Assembly (NCBI GenBank): GCA_043765495.1
Contig: JAYUJA010000138.1
Span: forward strand, 3,797-67,796
Source of the DNA: Bacteroidia bacterium
GTDB lineage: Bacteria > Bacteroidota > Bacteroidia > JAYUJA01
DNA length: 64,000 nt
Reading direction: 5' to 3'
Below, piece after piece: positions 48,942-59,340 of this stretch. The notes beneath the pieces are model-generated. The model was not told the origin of the DNA. It did not search any database and saw only the letters and a program-made list of their open reading frames with translations. Numbering within the stretch: position 1 is the stretch's first letter; each line of letters opens with the position of its first letter. Made by a program: the position numbers and the translations under genes.

Positions 48942-49877
48942 ATGAAAAAATTAATTATTCTAATAATACTATTAAGCATTATTACCTGTAAAAAAGAAAC
49001 TCCTACGCCTTTATCTTGGCAAAATACAACGATTACTAATAATACTATTCAAGATACTACTACCAGTACTTTTGTAGGCTTGCACAAGCATATATTCGCT
49101 ACTAAATGCGCTCTTTATGGTTGCCATGACGGTAATTTTGAACCAGATTTTAGAACCGTAGAGTCTTCGTATAGTACGTTGGTATGGCATAATATTACAA
49201 AAAATAATTTAGCTAATTCTTTTAAGTTTAGAGTATATCCATTCGATACTACGAAATCTGTTCTTTATGAACGCATTACGAACTGTTGTTTTGTAAATAT
49301 AAACGATAGAATGCCAAACGATAATATCGGTAGTAAGCTACCCCAAAGCGATATAGATGCTATCGGGAAATGGATAATGGCAGGAGCGATAGATATAAAC
49401 GGAAACCTACCTACCGCCCCTGATTACCTACCAGTAATACAAGATGGTAAGGCAGTAGACGCTAGTAACATAGATCTTGATTTTTTAGGAAATACCAATC
49501 GTCCTCCAACTTTTACCATGGAGTCATTAGCACAATTCCCTAATAACAAAGATATTAAATGGATTTTTTATGTAGAAGATGATTGGACTGCTTTGGAAAA
49601 TTTATCCAATGCTACCTTGAAGTTTTCTTTTAATAGTAATGATTTTTCTAATCCATTTTTCTCTATTCCGCTACAATATAGTTCATGGCAAGTAGGCAAT
49701 ACCACTGCTAACGGCTATTCTACTACCTTCAATACCAACAATCTGGCAACTATTGCTGGCAGCGCTCCCATTTATTTCCAATTTTCTATTAATGATAATA
49801 CCCACGCACAAAATGCTAAATTCCCAGTAGCTCCACAGCAAACAGTAAGGTACTACGGCTTCACAATCATGCCATAA
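48942..49877 (+). CDS. Lipoprotein of unknown function
   Basis: Signal peptide plus lipobox (IITC). Contains CALYGCHDG, which is not a canonical CxxCH haem motif. Confidence 0.5.
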   Translation: MKKLIILIILLSIITCKKETPTPLSWQNTTITNNTIQDTTTSTFVGLHKHIFATKCALYGCHDGNFEPDFRTVESSYSTLVWHNITKNNLANSFKFRVYPFDTTKSVLYERITNCCFVNINDRMPNDNIGSKLPQSDIDAIGKWIMAGAIDINGNLPTAPDYLPVIQDGKAVDASNIDLDFLGNTNRPPTFTMESLAQFPNNKDIKWIFYVEDDWTALENLSNATLKFSFNSNDFSNPFFSIPLQYSSWQVGNTTANGYSTTFNTNNLATIAGSAPIYFQFSINDNTHAQNAKFPVAPQQTVRYYGFTIMP

Positions 49878-49878
49878 G

Positions 49879-50490
49879 TTAGAGTACTTTACAATGCAAT
49901 AGTTTTTCATTATTTAGAAATCCTTCTAGTATATCGCCTTTATCTACCTTACCTACGCCTGCTGGTGTGCCTGTAAACAATAAATCACCTTTTTTTAGAG
50001 TCACAAATTGAGAAACATAACTAATTAAATCATCAAAATAAAATAACATATCGACACTATTTCCTTGTTGTCTTACTTGCTGGTTGATAGTGAGTTGAAA
50101 GTCTATATTTTTAAATTCAGTAATACTTTCTTTGGAAATAAAAGTACCAATAGGAGCAGAACCATCAAAAGACTTTGCTATTTCCCAAGGCAATCCCTTT
50201 TCTTTGCATTGCTGTTGCAAATCTCTGGCTGTAAAATCTAATCCGATGGTAAGTTCATCGTAATATCGGTGTGCAAAATTAGGAGCTATGTTTTTTCCTA
50301 CTTTATTTATTTTTAAAACTATTTCTATTTCATGGTGTATCTCGGTGGAGAAATCAGGCAAAAAGAAAGGCTTATTATTGGTAATGAGCGCCGTTTCAGG
50401 TTTCATAAAGAAAATAGGATTCGTAGGGATTGCATTTCCTAATTCTTTTGCATGGTCAGGGTAGTTTCTACCAATACAGAATATCTTCAT
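49879..50490 (-). CDS. Fumarylacetoacetate hydrolase family protein
   Basis: MKIFCIGRNYPDHAKELG N-terminus and a …GTPAGVG… motif characteristic of the FAH/YcgM family. 203 aa. Confidence 0.8.
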   Translation of the reverse strand: MKIFCIGRNYPDHAKELGNAIPTNPIFFMKPETALITNNKPFFLPDFSTEIHHEIEIVLKINKVGKNIAPNFAHRYYDELTIGLDFTARDLQQQCKEKGLPWEIAKSFDGSAPIGTFISKESITEFKNIDFQLTINQQVRQQGNSVDMLFYFDDLISYVSQFVTLKKGDLLFTGTPAGVGKVDKGDILEGFLNNEKLLHCKVL

Positions 50491-50571
50491 AGTATTTTTA
50501 GTATATGTAATAAATGTGCAAAATTATATTTTTATACCTAACAAAGAAGTGTATTTTTATTTACTTTTGTA

Positions 50572-50579
50572 TTTTACAT
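50572..50579 (+). promoter_or_regulatory. Candidate -7 box (TACTTTTG)
   Basis: TAnnTTTG match 30 nt upstream of the ATG at 50609. Confidence 0.4.
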
Positions 50580-50608
50580 TACTATTCAATTTTAAACTAA
50601 ATTTACGT

Positions 50609-51505
50609 ATGTCTTCTTTCCCTATTGTCGTAATAGGAGCTGGCACAATGGGCAACGGTATCGCTCATGTATTTGCTCAAAATGGCTTCCCTACTATATT
50701 AATAGATTCTAACGCCACAGCTTTGGAAAAAGCAATAGCTACTATTAGCAAAAACCTAGACAGGCAAATAGCAAAAACTAGCATTACCGAAGAAGATAAA
50801 ATAGTAATATTAAGCCGTATACACACCCAAACTACCATAGACGAAACTATAAGTACTGCACAATTAGTAATAGAAGCAGCTACTGAAAATAAAGAGATTA
50901 AAAAAAGTTTATTTCAGCAGTTAGATAAAGTTTGTAATCCGTCTACCATTCTAGCTACGAATACTTCTTCCATCTCCATTACAGAAATAGCAAGTGTGAC
51001 CAGCCGTCCTGATAAAGTAATAGGCATGCACTTCATGAATCCAGTACCTGTAATGAAGCTCATAGAAGTGATAAAAGGATATTTTACGAGTGAAGAAACG
51101 CTACAAACTATCTTATCTATCAGCGAGAAATTGCAAAAAACAGCAGTACCAGCAAATGATTATCCAGGTTTTGTAGCCAATAAAATACTCATGCCAATGC
51201 TCAACGAAGCCATTATCACGTTAAGCGAAGGAGTAGCAGGAGTAAGCGAGATAGATAGCATCATGAAACTAGGAATGGGACACCCAATGGGACCTTTGCA
51301 GTTAGCCGATTTTATTGGTTTAGATGTGTGCCTATATATCTTAAATGTACTATACGATGGCTTCAAAAATCCTAAATATGCACCAGCTCCCTTGTTAGTA
51401 AAAATGGTACAAGCTGGCTGTTTAGGTATAAAATCAGGAAGAGGATTTTATGATTATTCTACCAAAACAAAAGATTTAATAGTAGCTTCTAATTTTTTAA
51501 CCTAA
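50609..51505 (+). CDS. 3-hydroxyacyl-/3-hydroxybutyryl-CoA dehydrogenase
   Basis: IVVIGAGTMGNGIA NAD-binding motif, MHFMNPVP, and a C-terminal dimerisation domain. Start set at MSSFPIVVIG. The ORF-track start at 50516 adds a 31-aa leader that precedes the -7 box. Confidence 0.85.
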   Translation: MSSFPIVVIGAGTMGNGIAHVFAQNGFPTILIDSNATALEKAIATISKNLDRQIAKTSITEEDKIVILSRIHTQTTIDETISTAQLVIEAATENKEIKKSLFQQLDKVCNPSTILATNTSSISITEIASVTSRPDKVIGMHFMNPVPVMKLIEVIKGYFTSEETLQTILSISEKLQKTAVPANDYPGFVANKILMPMLNEAIITLSEGVAGVSEIDSIMKLGMGHPMGPLQLADFIGLDVCLYILNVLYDGFKNPKYAPAPLLVKMVQAGCLGIKSGRGFYDYSTKTKDLIVASNFLT

Positions 51506-51517
51506 TAACTTTATAAC

Positions 51518-52171
51518 ATGGAATTTTTACCAGAACCTATCGCTGCTTATGCAGAAGAGTTCACCACACCAGAGAATACTATTTTAGCAGAATTAAACCG
51601 AGAAACCTATTCTAAAATACTGATACCTCGTATGCTATCAGGGCATCTACAAGGACAGATGCTAGCCATGTTTAGCCACATGATACAGCCTACTAATATA
51701 TTAGAAATTGGTACATATACTGGGTATTCTGCTATATGCCTAGCAAAAGGACTAACCGAGAATGGCGTATTACATACCGTAGACATTAACGATGAACTAA
51801 ACCCTATGGTACTGAAATATATCCAAAAAGCAGGACTAGAAGATAAGATCGTGACCCATTGTGGCGATGCAAAAAAAATTATCCCTACGTTACCAAAACT
51901 AGAATGGGATATTGTATTCCTTGATGCCGACAAAGAAAGATATTTGTATTATTACCAAGAAATATTACCATCTGTACGAAAAGGAGGTTTTATACTAGTG
52001 GATAATGTACTATGGAGTGGTAAAGTATGCCTATCCGATAGTGAAATACCAATGAAAGATGCCGAAACTAGACGCATCAAAGAGTTCAACGCCTATATAA
52101 CCAACGACGATAGAGTAGAAAATGTACTACTACCAGTAAGAGATGGCTGCATGGTAATACGAAAACTGTAA
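51518..52171 (+). CDS. Class I SAM-dependent O-methyltransferase (family 3, caffeoyl-CoA OMT-like)
   Basis: ILEIGTYTGYSAI SAM-binding motif I and DIVFLDADKERY. 217 aa. Confidence 0.85.
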   Translation: MEFLPEPIAAYAEEFTTPENTILAELNRETYSKILIPRMLSGHLQGQMLAMFSHMIQPTNILEIGTYTGYSAICLAKGLTENGVLHTVDINDELNPMVLKYIQKAGLEDKIVTHCGDAKKIIPTLPKLEWDIVFLDADKERYLYYYQEILPSVRKGGFILVDNVLWSGKVCLSDSEIPMKDAETRRIKEFNAYITNDDRVENVLLPVRDGCMVIRKL

Positions 52172-52214
52172 CTATTTTATTCTTATTATATCTAATTTTA
52201 ACCAATAAATTGCA

Positions 52215-52222
52215 TACTTTTG
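52215..52222 (+). promoter_or_regulatory. Candidate -7 box (TACTTTTG) for upp
   Basis: TAnnTTTG match 24 nt upstream of the ATG at 52247. The ORF-track start at 52220 is a TTG inside this motif. Confidence 0.4.
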
Positions 52223-52246
52223 CAACCTACCAACTATTCTACTCTT

Positions 52247-52909
52247 ATGTTACACGTAATCAGTAAAAACAATACTATCGCTAATCATTTTATTGCCGAA
52301 ATGCGAGATACCACTATCCAAGCAGATAGTATGCGCTTTAGAAAAAATATGAAACGATTAGGACAAATTATTAGTTACGAAATTAGTAAAACCTTGGAGT
52401 ATGTGCCAGCAGAAGTAATCACACCGCTAGGCACAGCAATCACAAGTGTATTAAGTAGCCAACCAGTACTAGCCACTATACTACGAGCTGGATTACCATT
52501 ACACGAAGGTATGCTAGACTTTTTGGATAAAGCAGAAAACGCATTTATTTCTTCCTACCGTCGCCACCATAAAGATGGTACGTTTGATATACAAGTAGAA
52601 TATGTATCCAGCCCATCTATCGATAATAAAGTAGTGATACTTGCCGATCCAATGATAGCCACAGGACAATCCATGTACCTAGCCTATAAAGCTTTGTTGC
52701 AAAAAGGAAATCCCAAAGCAATCCATATAGTAGGACTCATAGCAAGCGCAGAAGGATTGGAATACTTACAACGTAGACTGCCTTCTACTGCCCAACTATG
52801 GATAGGTGCTATAGATGAAGAAATGACCGTACAATCGTATATCGTACCAGGACTTGGCGATGCTGGTGACCTAGCCTATGGAAGCAAGTCGGTAGCAGAA
52901 TTAGTGTAA
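52247..52909 (+). CDS. upp: Uracil phosphoribosyltransferase
   Basis: ILRAGL, a PRPP-binding ILADPMIATGQS motif, and a C-terminal YIVPGLGDAGD. Confidence 0.9.
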   Translation: MLHVISKNNTIANHFIAEMRDTTIQADSMRFRKNMKRLGQIISYEISKTLEYVPAEVITPLGTAITSVLSSQPVLATILRAGLPLHEGMLDFLDKAENAFISSYRRHHKDGTFDIQVEYVSSPSIDNKVVILADPMIATGQSMYLAYKALLQKGNPKAIHIVGLIASAEGLEYLQRRLPSTAQLWIGAIDEEMTVQSYIVPGLGDAGDLAYGSKSVAELV

Positions 52910-52993
52910 TAACAATAGAGTATATAAATTCGGTTTTGGAATAGTATTTGTTAGCATTTTCGTATTCTATTTACATAAAAAACATACAATCCT

Positions 52994-53548
52994 ATGAAAA
53001 AAATACTGACTGGCTTATTGATAGCCGCATCTTTACAAAGTGTCCATGCACAAGTATACGTCTCTTCCGAAAAATCCGTACAAGTATCTTTTTTTTCTTC
53101 TACACCAGTAGAGGATATTAGTGCTAAAAGTGCCACAGGATTAGCTATTTATAATGCTACGAATGATTCTGTTGCTTTTCGTATTGCGAATACTTCGTTT
53201 GATTTCCCGAGTGACTTAATGGAGGAGCATTTTAATGAAAAATACATGGAAAGTGACAAATATCGCCTATCTTCTTTTCGTGGCAAAGTAAACCAAGATA
53301 TAGACGTAACCAAAGATGGCGTATATAAAGTAACCGTAACTGGCTACATGGATATGCATGGTAAAAAACAATTACGTACGTTCGACGGAACTATGACCGT
53401 AAAGTCTGGGACGATAAGCATAGATGCAGAATTTGATATACCACTAAAAGATTATGATATCAAAGTACCTACTCTAGTAATAGCAAAAATAGCAAAGACT
53501 ATAAAAGTAACCATAGCTGCAAAATTAGCAATTAAGAAAGCGAAATAA
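52994..53548 (+). CDS. YceI-like periplasmic (polyisoprenoid-binding) family protein
   Basis: Signal peptide. 184 aa with a beta-barrel-like alternating pattern that resembles YceI. Assignment is by pattern only. Confidence 0.5.
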   Translation: MKKILTGLLIAASLQSVHAQVYVSSEKSVQVSFFSSTPVEDISAKSATGLAIYNATNDSVAFRIANTSFDFPSDLMEEHFNEKYMESDKYRLSSFRGKVNQDIDVTKDGVYKVTVTGYMDMHGKKQLRTFDGTMTVKSGTISIDAEFDIPLKDYDIKVPTLVIAKIAKTIKVTIAAKLAIKKAK

Positions 53549-53567
53549 TTGTAAACCAATATTATAT

Positions 53568-53607
53568 AAATAGCCTGTCTTTTTTACAAGATAGGCTATT
53601 TTGTTTT
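53568..53607. terminator. Rho-independent terminator
   Basis: AAATAGCCTGTCTT/AAGATAGGCTATTT stem plus a T-tract. Shares the TAGCCTGT core with the 20781 and 21783 elements. Confidence 0.55.
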
Positions 53608-53727
53608 TAAAAAGATGTGTGTAAGCGGCAAGTATTCATTACTAGGCTCGCAAGTAGACAAAAAATAAAGGCTACTGAAATCAGTAACCTTTAAGGATAT
53701 AGTATATTTTGTTATGCTAATAGTATT

Positions 53728-54240
53728 TTAGTGAGCAGCTTTTTCGCCAGCAGCTTTTACTTCTTCACCCGCTTTTTTCATTTCTTCACCTACTTTTGGT
53801 AATGCTTTAGATAAAGAATCTGTAGCTCCTCCTAGTAAATCTCCTAAACCACCTAATGCATCAGCAGCACCAGCACCTGTATACTCTTCTTTGCTCATTT
53901 CTACTTGGTATTTATCTGCATTTTTAGATAACAAAACAGCTGTTTCTTTACCATCTTTACCACAACAAACCATACATTTTTGTTTGCCATTCTCATCAGC
54001 ACAAGTAGCTTTTTCTATTTTAGCACCTACTCCATCTTCTTTAGCTTTTGTAATAGCCATATCTATCCAATCACTCGTTCCTGTTTTTGCTAGTTTTTTT
54101 GCTGCATCAGCATCTCCACTTGTCATTGCTTTTTGGAAAGCGATTGCTACTTGGTCTGCTTTAGTAGCATCTACACCACCTCCACAAGATACTAAAAACG
54201 CTGTACCAGCTATTGCTGCGATAATTGCTAATTTTCTCAT
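53728..54240 (-). CDS. Ala/Gly/Lys-rich lipoprotein of unknown function with a CxxCC motif
   Basis: Lipobox LVSCGGG, CMVCCGKDGKE, and a low-complexity C-terminal half. Confidence 0.5.
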   Translation of the reverse strand: MRKLAIIAAIAGTAFLVSCGGGVDATKADQVAIAFQKAMTSGDADAAKKLAKTGTSDWIDMAITKAKEDGVGAKIEKATCADENGKQKCMVCCGKDGKETAVLLSKNADKYQVEMSKEEYTGAGAADALGGLGDLLGGATDSLSKALPKVGEEMKKAGEEVKAAGEKAAH

Positions 54241-54378
54241 TTTTTGATTAAAATAAAAATGTTAATAAATGTTAAATTTTATGCTGCAAATATAAATACT
54301 TTTTTAATATAAACCATTATTTTTTTACACATAATTCGTAACATTCTAGTAATCAATATTAAAAAGAATTAACAAATG

Positions 54379-57300
54379 TTAAAATATTATTTGCAATTGC
54401 ATATTTGCCCAGTGTAGCCAATCAGAAGAAGTATTTTTTCTATTTTCATAGGCTAATAACAGGCGTATAGTACTAGTAATGTTTTTATTCCAAGATATAG
54501 TATTTACCCAGTTAGTGCCTTTTTGTAACGATTGTAGTAGTTCGTAGGCTATGGGGGTATTAGTAGTACCGTAGTAGGTCAAGTGTAGGAAAGAAGATTT
54601 TAGGAGTAATATGTTTTTAGGGATTACTTGGTAGGTATATTGTAACGTGAGTTGTTTATTAATTGCTTGTTCTAGCTTATTGGTAGTGTATTTATTGCTA
54701 TATATGCCTGTGAGTTGGACACTGTTTTTTCCTCGCCATTTGTACTGTATTTCTTGTTGGATAGTAGTGGCGTGAATGGTAAAATTCCGTGTAGTAGAGA
54801 AATCCGTAGAAGATACGTTTTGCGATAGAATATATTTCGTAGTGAAAGTAAGCGAATCGTTTAGTTTGTAAAATACATAGGTTTCCATCTCTTTTGCTTG
54901 TTGGTACGCAAAGCCATTGTTTAGAAATGATTTGTTACTAGTAAGCATAAAAACAGTGCCAGCCCCCCATACAGCATGGTTTTTTTGGAAATGTACTCCT
55001 TGTTTTATATTACTTCTATTAGTAAGCAAGTTAGTACTGTTTTTTTGATAGGGGGTTAATTGGGTAAAAAAGTTAGTAGTATTGGTTTTTTGTTGTATTT
55101 GTAGATTCGTTTGTAAATATATTTTTTTGAAAAAAGAAGGTAAGGAAGCAGATTGGCTAAATTGTGTCGCTATTTGCTGTGTCCACGATTTATTTATTAC
55201 CCTTACCACATTGGTAGTAGGGCTATAGAAAGGCAAATAATTTGCTTGGTAATTGTATATTGCTTTTTCAAATTCATTGATTTGTGGAATACTATCTTGG
55301 TTATAATCTACCCAATTATGCGTCCCTTGCCCTGTGGATACTGGTATATACGTCATCACGTATTGGGGTTCTACTAGGGTTTGTAGTTGATACATACCTT
55401 GTATAGTGATTGTTTTATTCCAACCTTGCCATCTATAATCCAAGATACTTTGTAGGGTTTTTTCAGATTTTTTAGTACTAGAAAGCAAGGTATCTAGGAT
55501 AGTTAGTTTTCTATAATTAGTTTGTAGTTTGAAATAGTTCTGATCGTCGTATAGGTATTGGATAGCTGCTCCTGTGGTGGTAGAAGTGGCTATTTTATGT
55601 ATAGTATTTTTAGGATATTTCCAGTCGTAGCGCGCTTGTTGGTACATACTATACTGCAGTTTAGGTGTAATATCTATGTCTATTTGTAGGGTAGGGTTGT
55701 AGTACAGGTAGGAAGTATTGGCAATGGTATCTTTTCTTTGCATATTATATTCTATATCGTCTTTGTAGGTAGCTTGGATAGTGCGCCATTTTTTTTGGAT
55801 TTGTGTGATATGTCGGTAAAATTTCTTTTTAGTCTCTGCTGCTGTGGAATACGTATAGCTGGCTTGGTAGTTTATTTTGAACGTGGTATCAGGCGTCCAA
55901 GTAGTAGTTATTTCTTGTCGTATTCCTGTATAGTTGTTTTTTTGAGAGAAATTGCCCAATTGGTATTGCATCGTCCACTTGGTAGAATAATTTGCGATAA
56001 AAAAAGCACTTACCCAATTTTCTAGCGATGTGATTTTATTATTCGTATTCCAATCTCTATAAAACTCTTGGTTGCGATAAGGCTGCAACGTAGAAAAAGT
56101 TCGTTGTACTAACTCATGTTGTATGCCATAGTGTAGTTTTAAAGTATCTTTAATAGTGAGTAAGTGGCTAGTGTGTTGGAGGGTTGTTTTTATTGCAAAG
56201 CCATTATTATCTGTATCTTGTAATTTACTGATAGTATTTTTATCTACATTACTTAACGCTAATTCATTACTTATTTGCCATTTGCCTTTTGTATAGGTAT
56301 TTTGCAGGGTTATTATTGTTTTTTGAGAAGGTACAGCCAACGATTGGGTAGGGTTATAATCACCTTGTGGTACTTGGTTGATAGGAGATTTCCATACGTA
56401 TACTTTGCCGTTTATGGTGCTATTTAATAATGTATAATTGCCTTTATTCGCCCCTACATATCGAAAATTAAGACGATAGTGTGTGCCACTAGCAGTAAGG
56501 CTATATCGGTAGAAAGTGTAGGGATTATTTTGTACGATGGTATCTATTTTTCTATACAAAACCTGTGTATAACTAAATGCTACACTATCTGCTACTACTA
56601 CCATGCTATCTGCTGCGGCATCTCCTAATGTTCGTATTAGCTGTATAGTAGTAGGCGTAAGTGCCTGTATTGGATTGTTTTTATTGTCTTTTTCTTGGTA
56701 TATGTGCAGTTGCGTTTTTAGGGTAGGAGTATAGTAGAAAGCATTAGCGTGGGTTACATTTCTACTAAAATTCTGGTTAGAATAATCAAATTCTACTACT
56801 ATTCTATCATCTTTGGTGAGTAGGTGCTTGGTAGTGAAGGTTATTTGTCCTGTGTTATAATCTATTATATAATCTCTATCTTCTCCTCTATCTACTCTTT
56901 TACCATTCAAAAAAACTTTTTCGGTAGTAGCCAGTACAGTGATAAATGGCTCATTGGTTTCTCCTTTCAAACGGTAGGGACCTGCACTACCATCTATTGC
57001 ATTAAAACTATTGCGTACAAACTTTCCTTTGGTAGTAGAATAAGCGACACTCCCGCCTTGTATGGCATTTTGTAGGGTATCTAGGTAACTAATTTCTATT
57101 CCTTTTACTTTTTTCGAGAATCCTAAAAAATAAGAAGCTTTTGGTTGTATTAAAAAATAATCTCCTAATGTGAATTTCCATTTTTTACTGAAAAATTGTA
57201 GGTATATCAAATCAAAATTTCGTAAGTCTTGTGTATTTCCTTCTGGTTGTATGGGTATATTATCGTCTTTTATTACGCCTTTTATTCCTACCTTTTCCGT

Positions 57301-57771
57301 GATAGCTCCTTCTATTTCTAGGTTGAATTTAGAATTAATATTCACGTCTTGGTTATTTCCAAAACTTATCCCACGTGTCAAACCTCCATTTTGCTTTATC
57401 CCTGCTGTTTTAGTATCTACGATGGATAAATTAGAAGTTGTAGTGGCAATAGGTGGTAAATTAAACGGATTTTTCTGCATACTTCCCCTTCTATATTGCC
57501 ATAGTGCGGTATCGGTACGCTGGTAGATTAGGGTAAGAGTAGCTGCCGTATGTTCTAGCTCGAAAGTGCCCATACATCTGCATTGTATACTGTCTTGCTT
57601 TCGTTGATAGCACGGCGTTGGAATACCTTTTATAGTGGTGTAATGACGAAAAATAGTATCCAGAATATGCCAACTAACAGTATCTGTACACACAAGCGGG
57701 GTTTTGAGTATGGATTGACTGTATAGCCCCATACTGATACAAATACTGAATAACCAACTATATAGCCGCAT
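54379..57771 (-). CDS. Large outer-membrane beta-barrel-like protein of unknown function (1130 aa)
   Basis: Signal peptide. Composition rich in Tyr/Thr/Asn/Gln with alternating amphipathic strands. C-terminal residue Phe (…MQLQIIF), typical of OMP beta-barrels. No TonB box. Confidence 0.55.
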   Translation of the reverse strand: MRLYSWLFSICISMGLYSQSILKTPLVCTDTVSWHILDTIFRHYTTIKGIPTPCYQRKQDSIQCRCMGTFELEHTAATLTLIYQRTDTALWQYRRGSMQKNPFNLPPIATTTSNLSIVDTKTAGIKQNGGLTRGISFGNNQDVNINSKFNLEIEGAITEKVGIKGVIKDDNIPIQPEGNTQDLRNFDLIYLQFFSKKWKFTLGDYFLIQPKASYFLGFSKKVKGIEISYLDTLQNAIQGGSVAYSTTKGKFVRNSFNAIDGSAGPYRLKGETNEPFITVLATTEKVFLNGKRVDRGEDRDYIIDYNTGQITFTTKHLLTKDDRIVVEFDYSNQNFSRNVTHANAFYYTPTLKTQLHIYQEKDNKNNPIQALTPTTIQLIRTLGDAAADSMVVVADSVAFSYTQVLYRKIDTIVQNNPYTFYRYSLTASGTHYRLNFRYVGANKGNYTLLNSTINGKVYVWKSPINQVPQGDYNPTQSLAVPSQKTIITLQNTYTKGKWQISNELALSNVDKNTISKLQDTDNNGFAIKTTLQHTSHLLTIKDTLKLHYGIQHELVQRTFSTLQPYRNQEFYRDWNTNNKITSLENWVSAFFIANYSTKWTMQYQLGNFSQKNNYTGIRQEITTTWTPDTTFKINYQASYTYSTAAETKKKFYRHITQIQKKWRTIQATYKDDIEYNMQRKDTIANTSYLYYNPTLQIDIDITPKLQYSMYQQARYDWKYPKNTIHKIATSTTTGAAIQYLYDDQNYFKLQTNYRKLTILDTLLSSTKKSEKTLQSILDYRWQGWNKTITIQGMYQLQTLVEPQYVMTYIPVSTGQGTHNWVDYNQDSIPQINEFEKAIYNYQANYLPFYSPTTNVVRVINKSWTQQIATQFSQSASLPSFFKKIYLQTNLQIQQKTNTTNFFTQLTPYQKNSTNLLTNRSNIKQGVHFQKNHAVWGAGTVFMLTSNKSFLNNGFAYQQAKEMETYVFYKLNDSLTFTTKYILSQNVSSTDFSTTRNFTIHATTIQQEIQYKWRGKNSVQLTGIYSNKYTTNKLEQAINKQLTLQYTYQVIPKNILLLKSSFLHLTYYGTTNTPIAYELLQSLQKGTNWVNTISWNKNITSTIRLLLAYENRKNTSSDWLHWANMQLQIIF

Positions 57772-57875
57772 AAATATCTATTACTATATTTTTCTTATGG
57801 TATGTATAACGATTTTTACAAGACTTTTGATGTAATAAGTACCAAAGATAGTCTATTTTATCCTAGTAGCCTAAT

Positions 57876-59279
57876 TTATAATGCTGCTATTTGTTGTAGT
57901 AGCCATTGTTTTTCGGTTAATGGATTGGTGTTTTCTACTATTGGTTTTAGTATTTCTTGCCCTTCTTTTTTGGACATATTGGTGGCTAATTTTTTTAGTA
58001 TATCCAGAAAATTGGTATAATTTTTACGATGGTAGCCTACTACTTTTTGTCGTTTTAGGTATACTTTACAGCTTTCGATAGTAGTATCCAGCGAGCGAAA
58101 ATCTTTTGCTTCGTAGTATATTTTTAACAACAATACCTTGGCACTTAAATTCAATAATTTATCATCATAATCATTGGTTAGCAGTATTTTAATGGCTTTT
58201 TTATAATCTTTTAGTTGGTAATGGTACTTGCATAGGTTGAAGGTGTACAAGCTTTCTTGGTATTCTGGCTCTAAATAATTTTTCCAATTTTCTATTATTT
58301 GTTTCGCTTGTGCATACTTGGCGAGTGCTAGGCAAATAGCGATTACATTACGGTAGGTAAAACGGCTTAAAAAACCATATTCTAGTATTGCTTTGGAATC
58401 AAATGCTTGTATGTACCAGTTTAGTCCTTCTTCATAATAGTGCTTTTGTCCCTCATTTATTTTTTTTATACAAAAATTTATCATCATCATGTAGAAATCT
58501 CGTAGTTGATGGGCGTTAAATTGATGGATATGCTGGTAAAACAATGGCTTAAATGCCTCGTAATCTTCTAGATTAAAATGCAATATACACACATAACCAA
58601 GCTGGTATAGCTGTACCAATGGCGTAGCTGCGAAAGGCGGAATACTGGCTAGGTGTAGTATTTCTGGTTCTAGGTAGGTAGTATAAGTAGTTTCATACAC
58701 ATTCTGATGGCTACGCACGTTTTGTAATATTCGTAATTTTTCTACGATGTAATAGCTATCAAAAGCATCTGCTACTGCTTGTATGTTGCTTTCTTTGTCG
58801 CGTTGCTTGTAGTGTAATAGTATTTGTTTTTGTTGCTCATAGATAAATTGTTGGTACAATGCTAGCGTATCTAGGTAAGGATAATTGTCTAGTTTTTGTT
58901 TGAAATGCTTCAACTGCTGGGTAGCAAGCGAATAAAGCCCTTTTTCTTTCAATGTTTCTATAAAAAAATATTCTTCCCAAATACCTTGTTTTACTACATA
59001 CTGCTGGTACGCCAAAAAACGCCTTAATTGTAAGTACGTATCGCTAAAAACTTTGCGAAGCCGAGTATCGTTATAGGTTTCTTTGCCATATAGCTGTGTA
59101 AATACTTTTTCTTTGGTGAAATATTTCTCTTTTTTGTCTAAATACTTTAATAAATAGCTCGTCAAACTAATTATTTCTTTGTAACTTGCAGAAAAATCAC
59201 TGTTCAACCATTGTAAAAACATTTTTTTCTCATTACTATCAATGGCATCTATTAATATTATTAATTTAAATTGAAGCAT
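57876..59279 (-). CDS. All-helical repeat (TPR-like) protein of unknown function
   Basis: 467 aa from MLQFKLIIL. A minus-strand TATATTTG -7 box at 59333-59340 places the transcript start downstream of the ORF-track ATG at 59330, so the shorter start is preferred. Confidence 0.45.
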   Translation of the reverse strand: MLQFKLIILIDAIDSNEKKMFLQWLNSDFSASYKEIISLTSYLLKYLDKKEKYFTKEKVFTQLYGKETYNDTRLRKVFSDTYLQLRRFLAYQQYVVKQGIWEEYFFIETLKEKGLYSLATQQLKHFKQKLDNYPYLDTLALYQQFIYEQQKQILLHYKQRDKESNIQAVADAFDSYYIVEKLRILQNVRSHQNVYETTYTTYLEPEILHLASIPPFAATPLVQLYQLGYVCILHFNLEDYEAFKPLFYQHIHQFNAHQLRDFYMMMINFCIKKINEGQKHYYEEGLNWYIQAFDSKAILEYGFLSRFTYRNVIAICLALAKYAQAKQIIENWKNYLEPEYQESLYTFNLCKYHYQLKDYKKAIKILLTNDYDDKLLNLSAKVLLLKIYYEAKDFRSLDTTIESCKVYLKRQKVVGYHRKNYTNFLDILKKLATNMSKKEGQEILKPIVENTNPLTEKQWLLQQIAAL

Positions 59280-59332
59280 AATTAATTCACAAAGTATAAA
59301 TATAAACAACTCATTATAAAAAACAAGCACTG

Positions 59333-59340
59333 CAAATATA
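59333..59340 (-). promoter_or_regulatory. Candidate -7 box (TATATTTG) on the minus strand
   Basis: The reverse complement of 59333-59340 reads TATATTTG, 53 nt upstream of the ATG at 59279. Confidence 0.35.

Noticed and set aside
48942-49877. Possible haem c-binding site (CALYGCHDG) in the lipoprotein
   Set aside because: The spacing is CxxxxCH rather than the canonical CxxCH, so a cytochrome c assignment is not supported.
54259-54270. 12-mer ATGTTAATAAAT shared between the glmM-pnp spacer (18398-18409) and the lipoprotein promoter region (54259-54270)
   Set aside because: For a nearly all-A/T 12-mer in a ~30% GC sequence of 64 kb on two strands, one chance match is about what is expected. 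Only the exact 15-mer duplication within a single 285-bp spacer is treated as significant.
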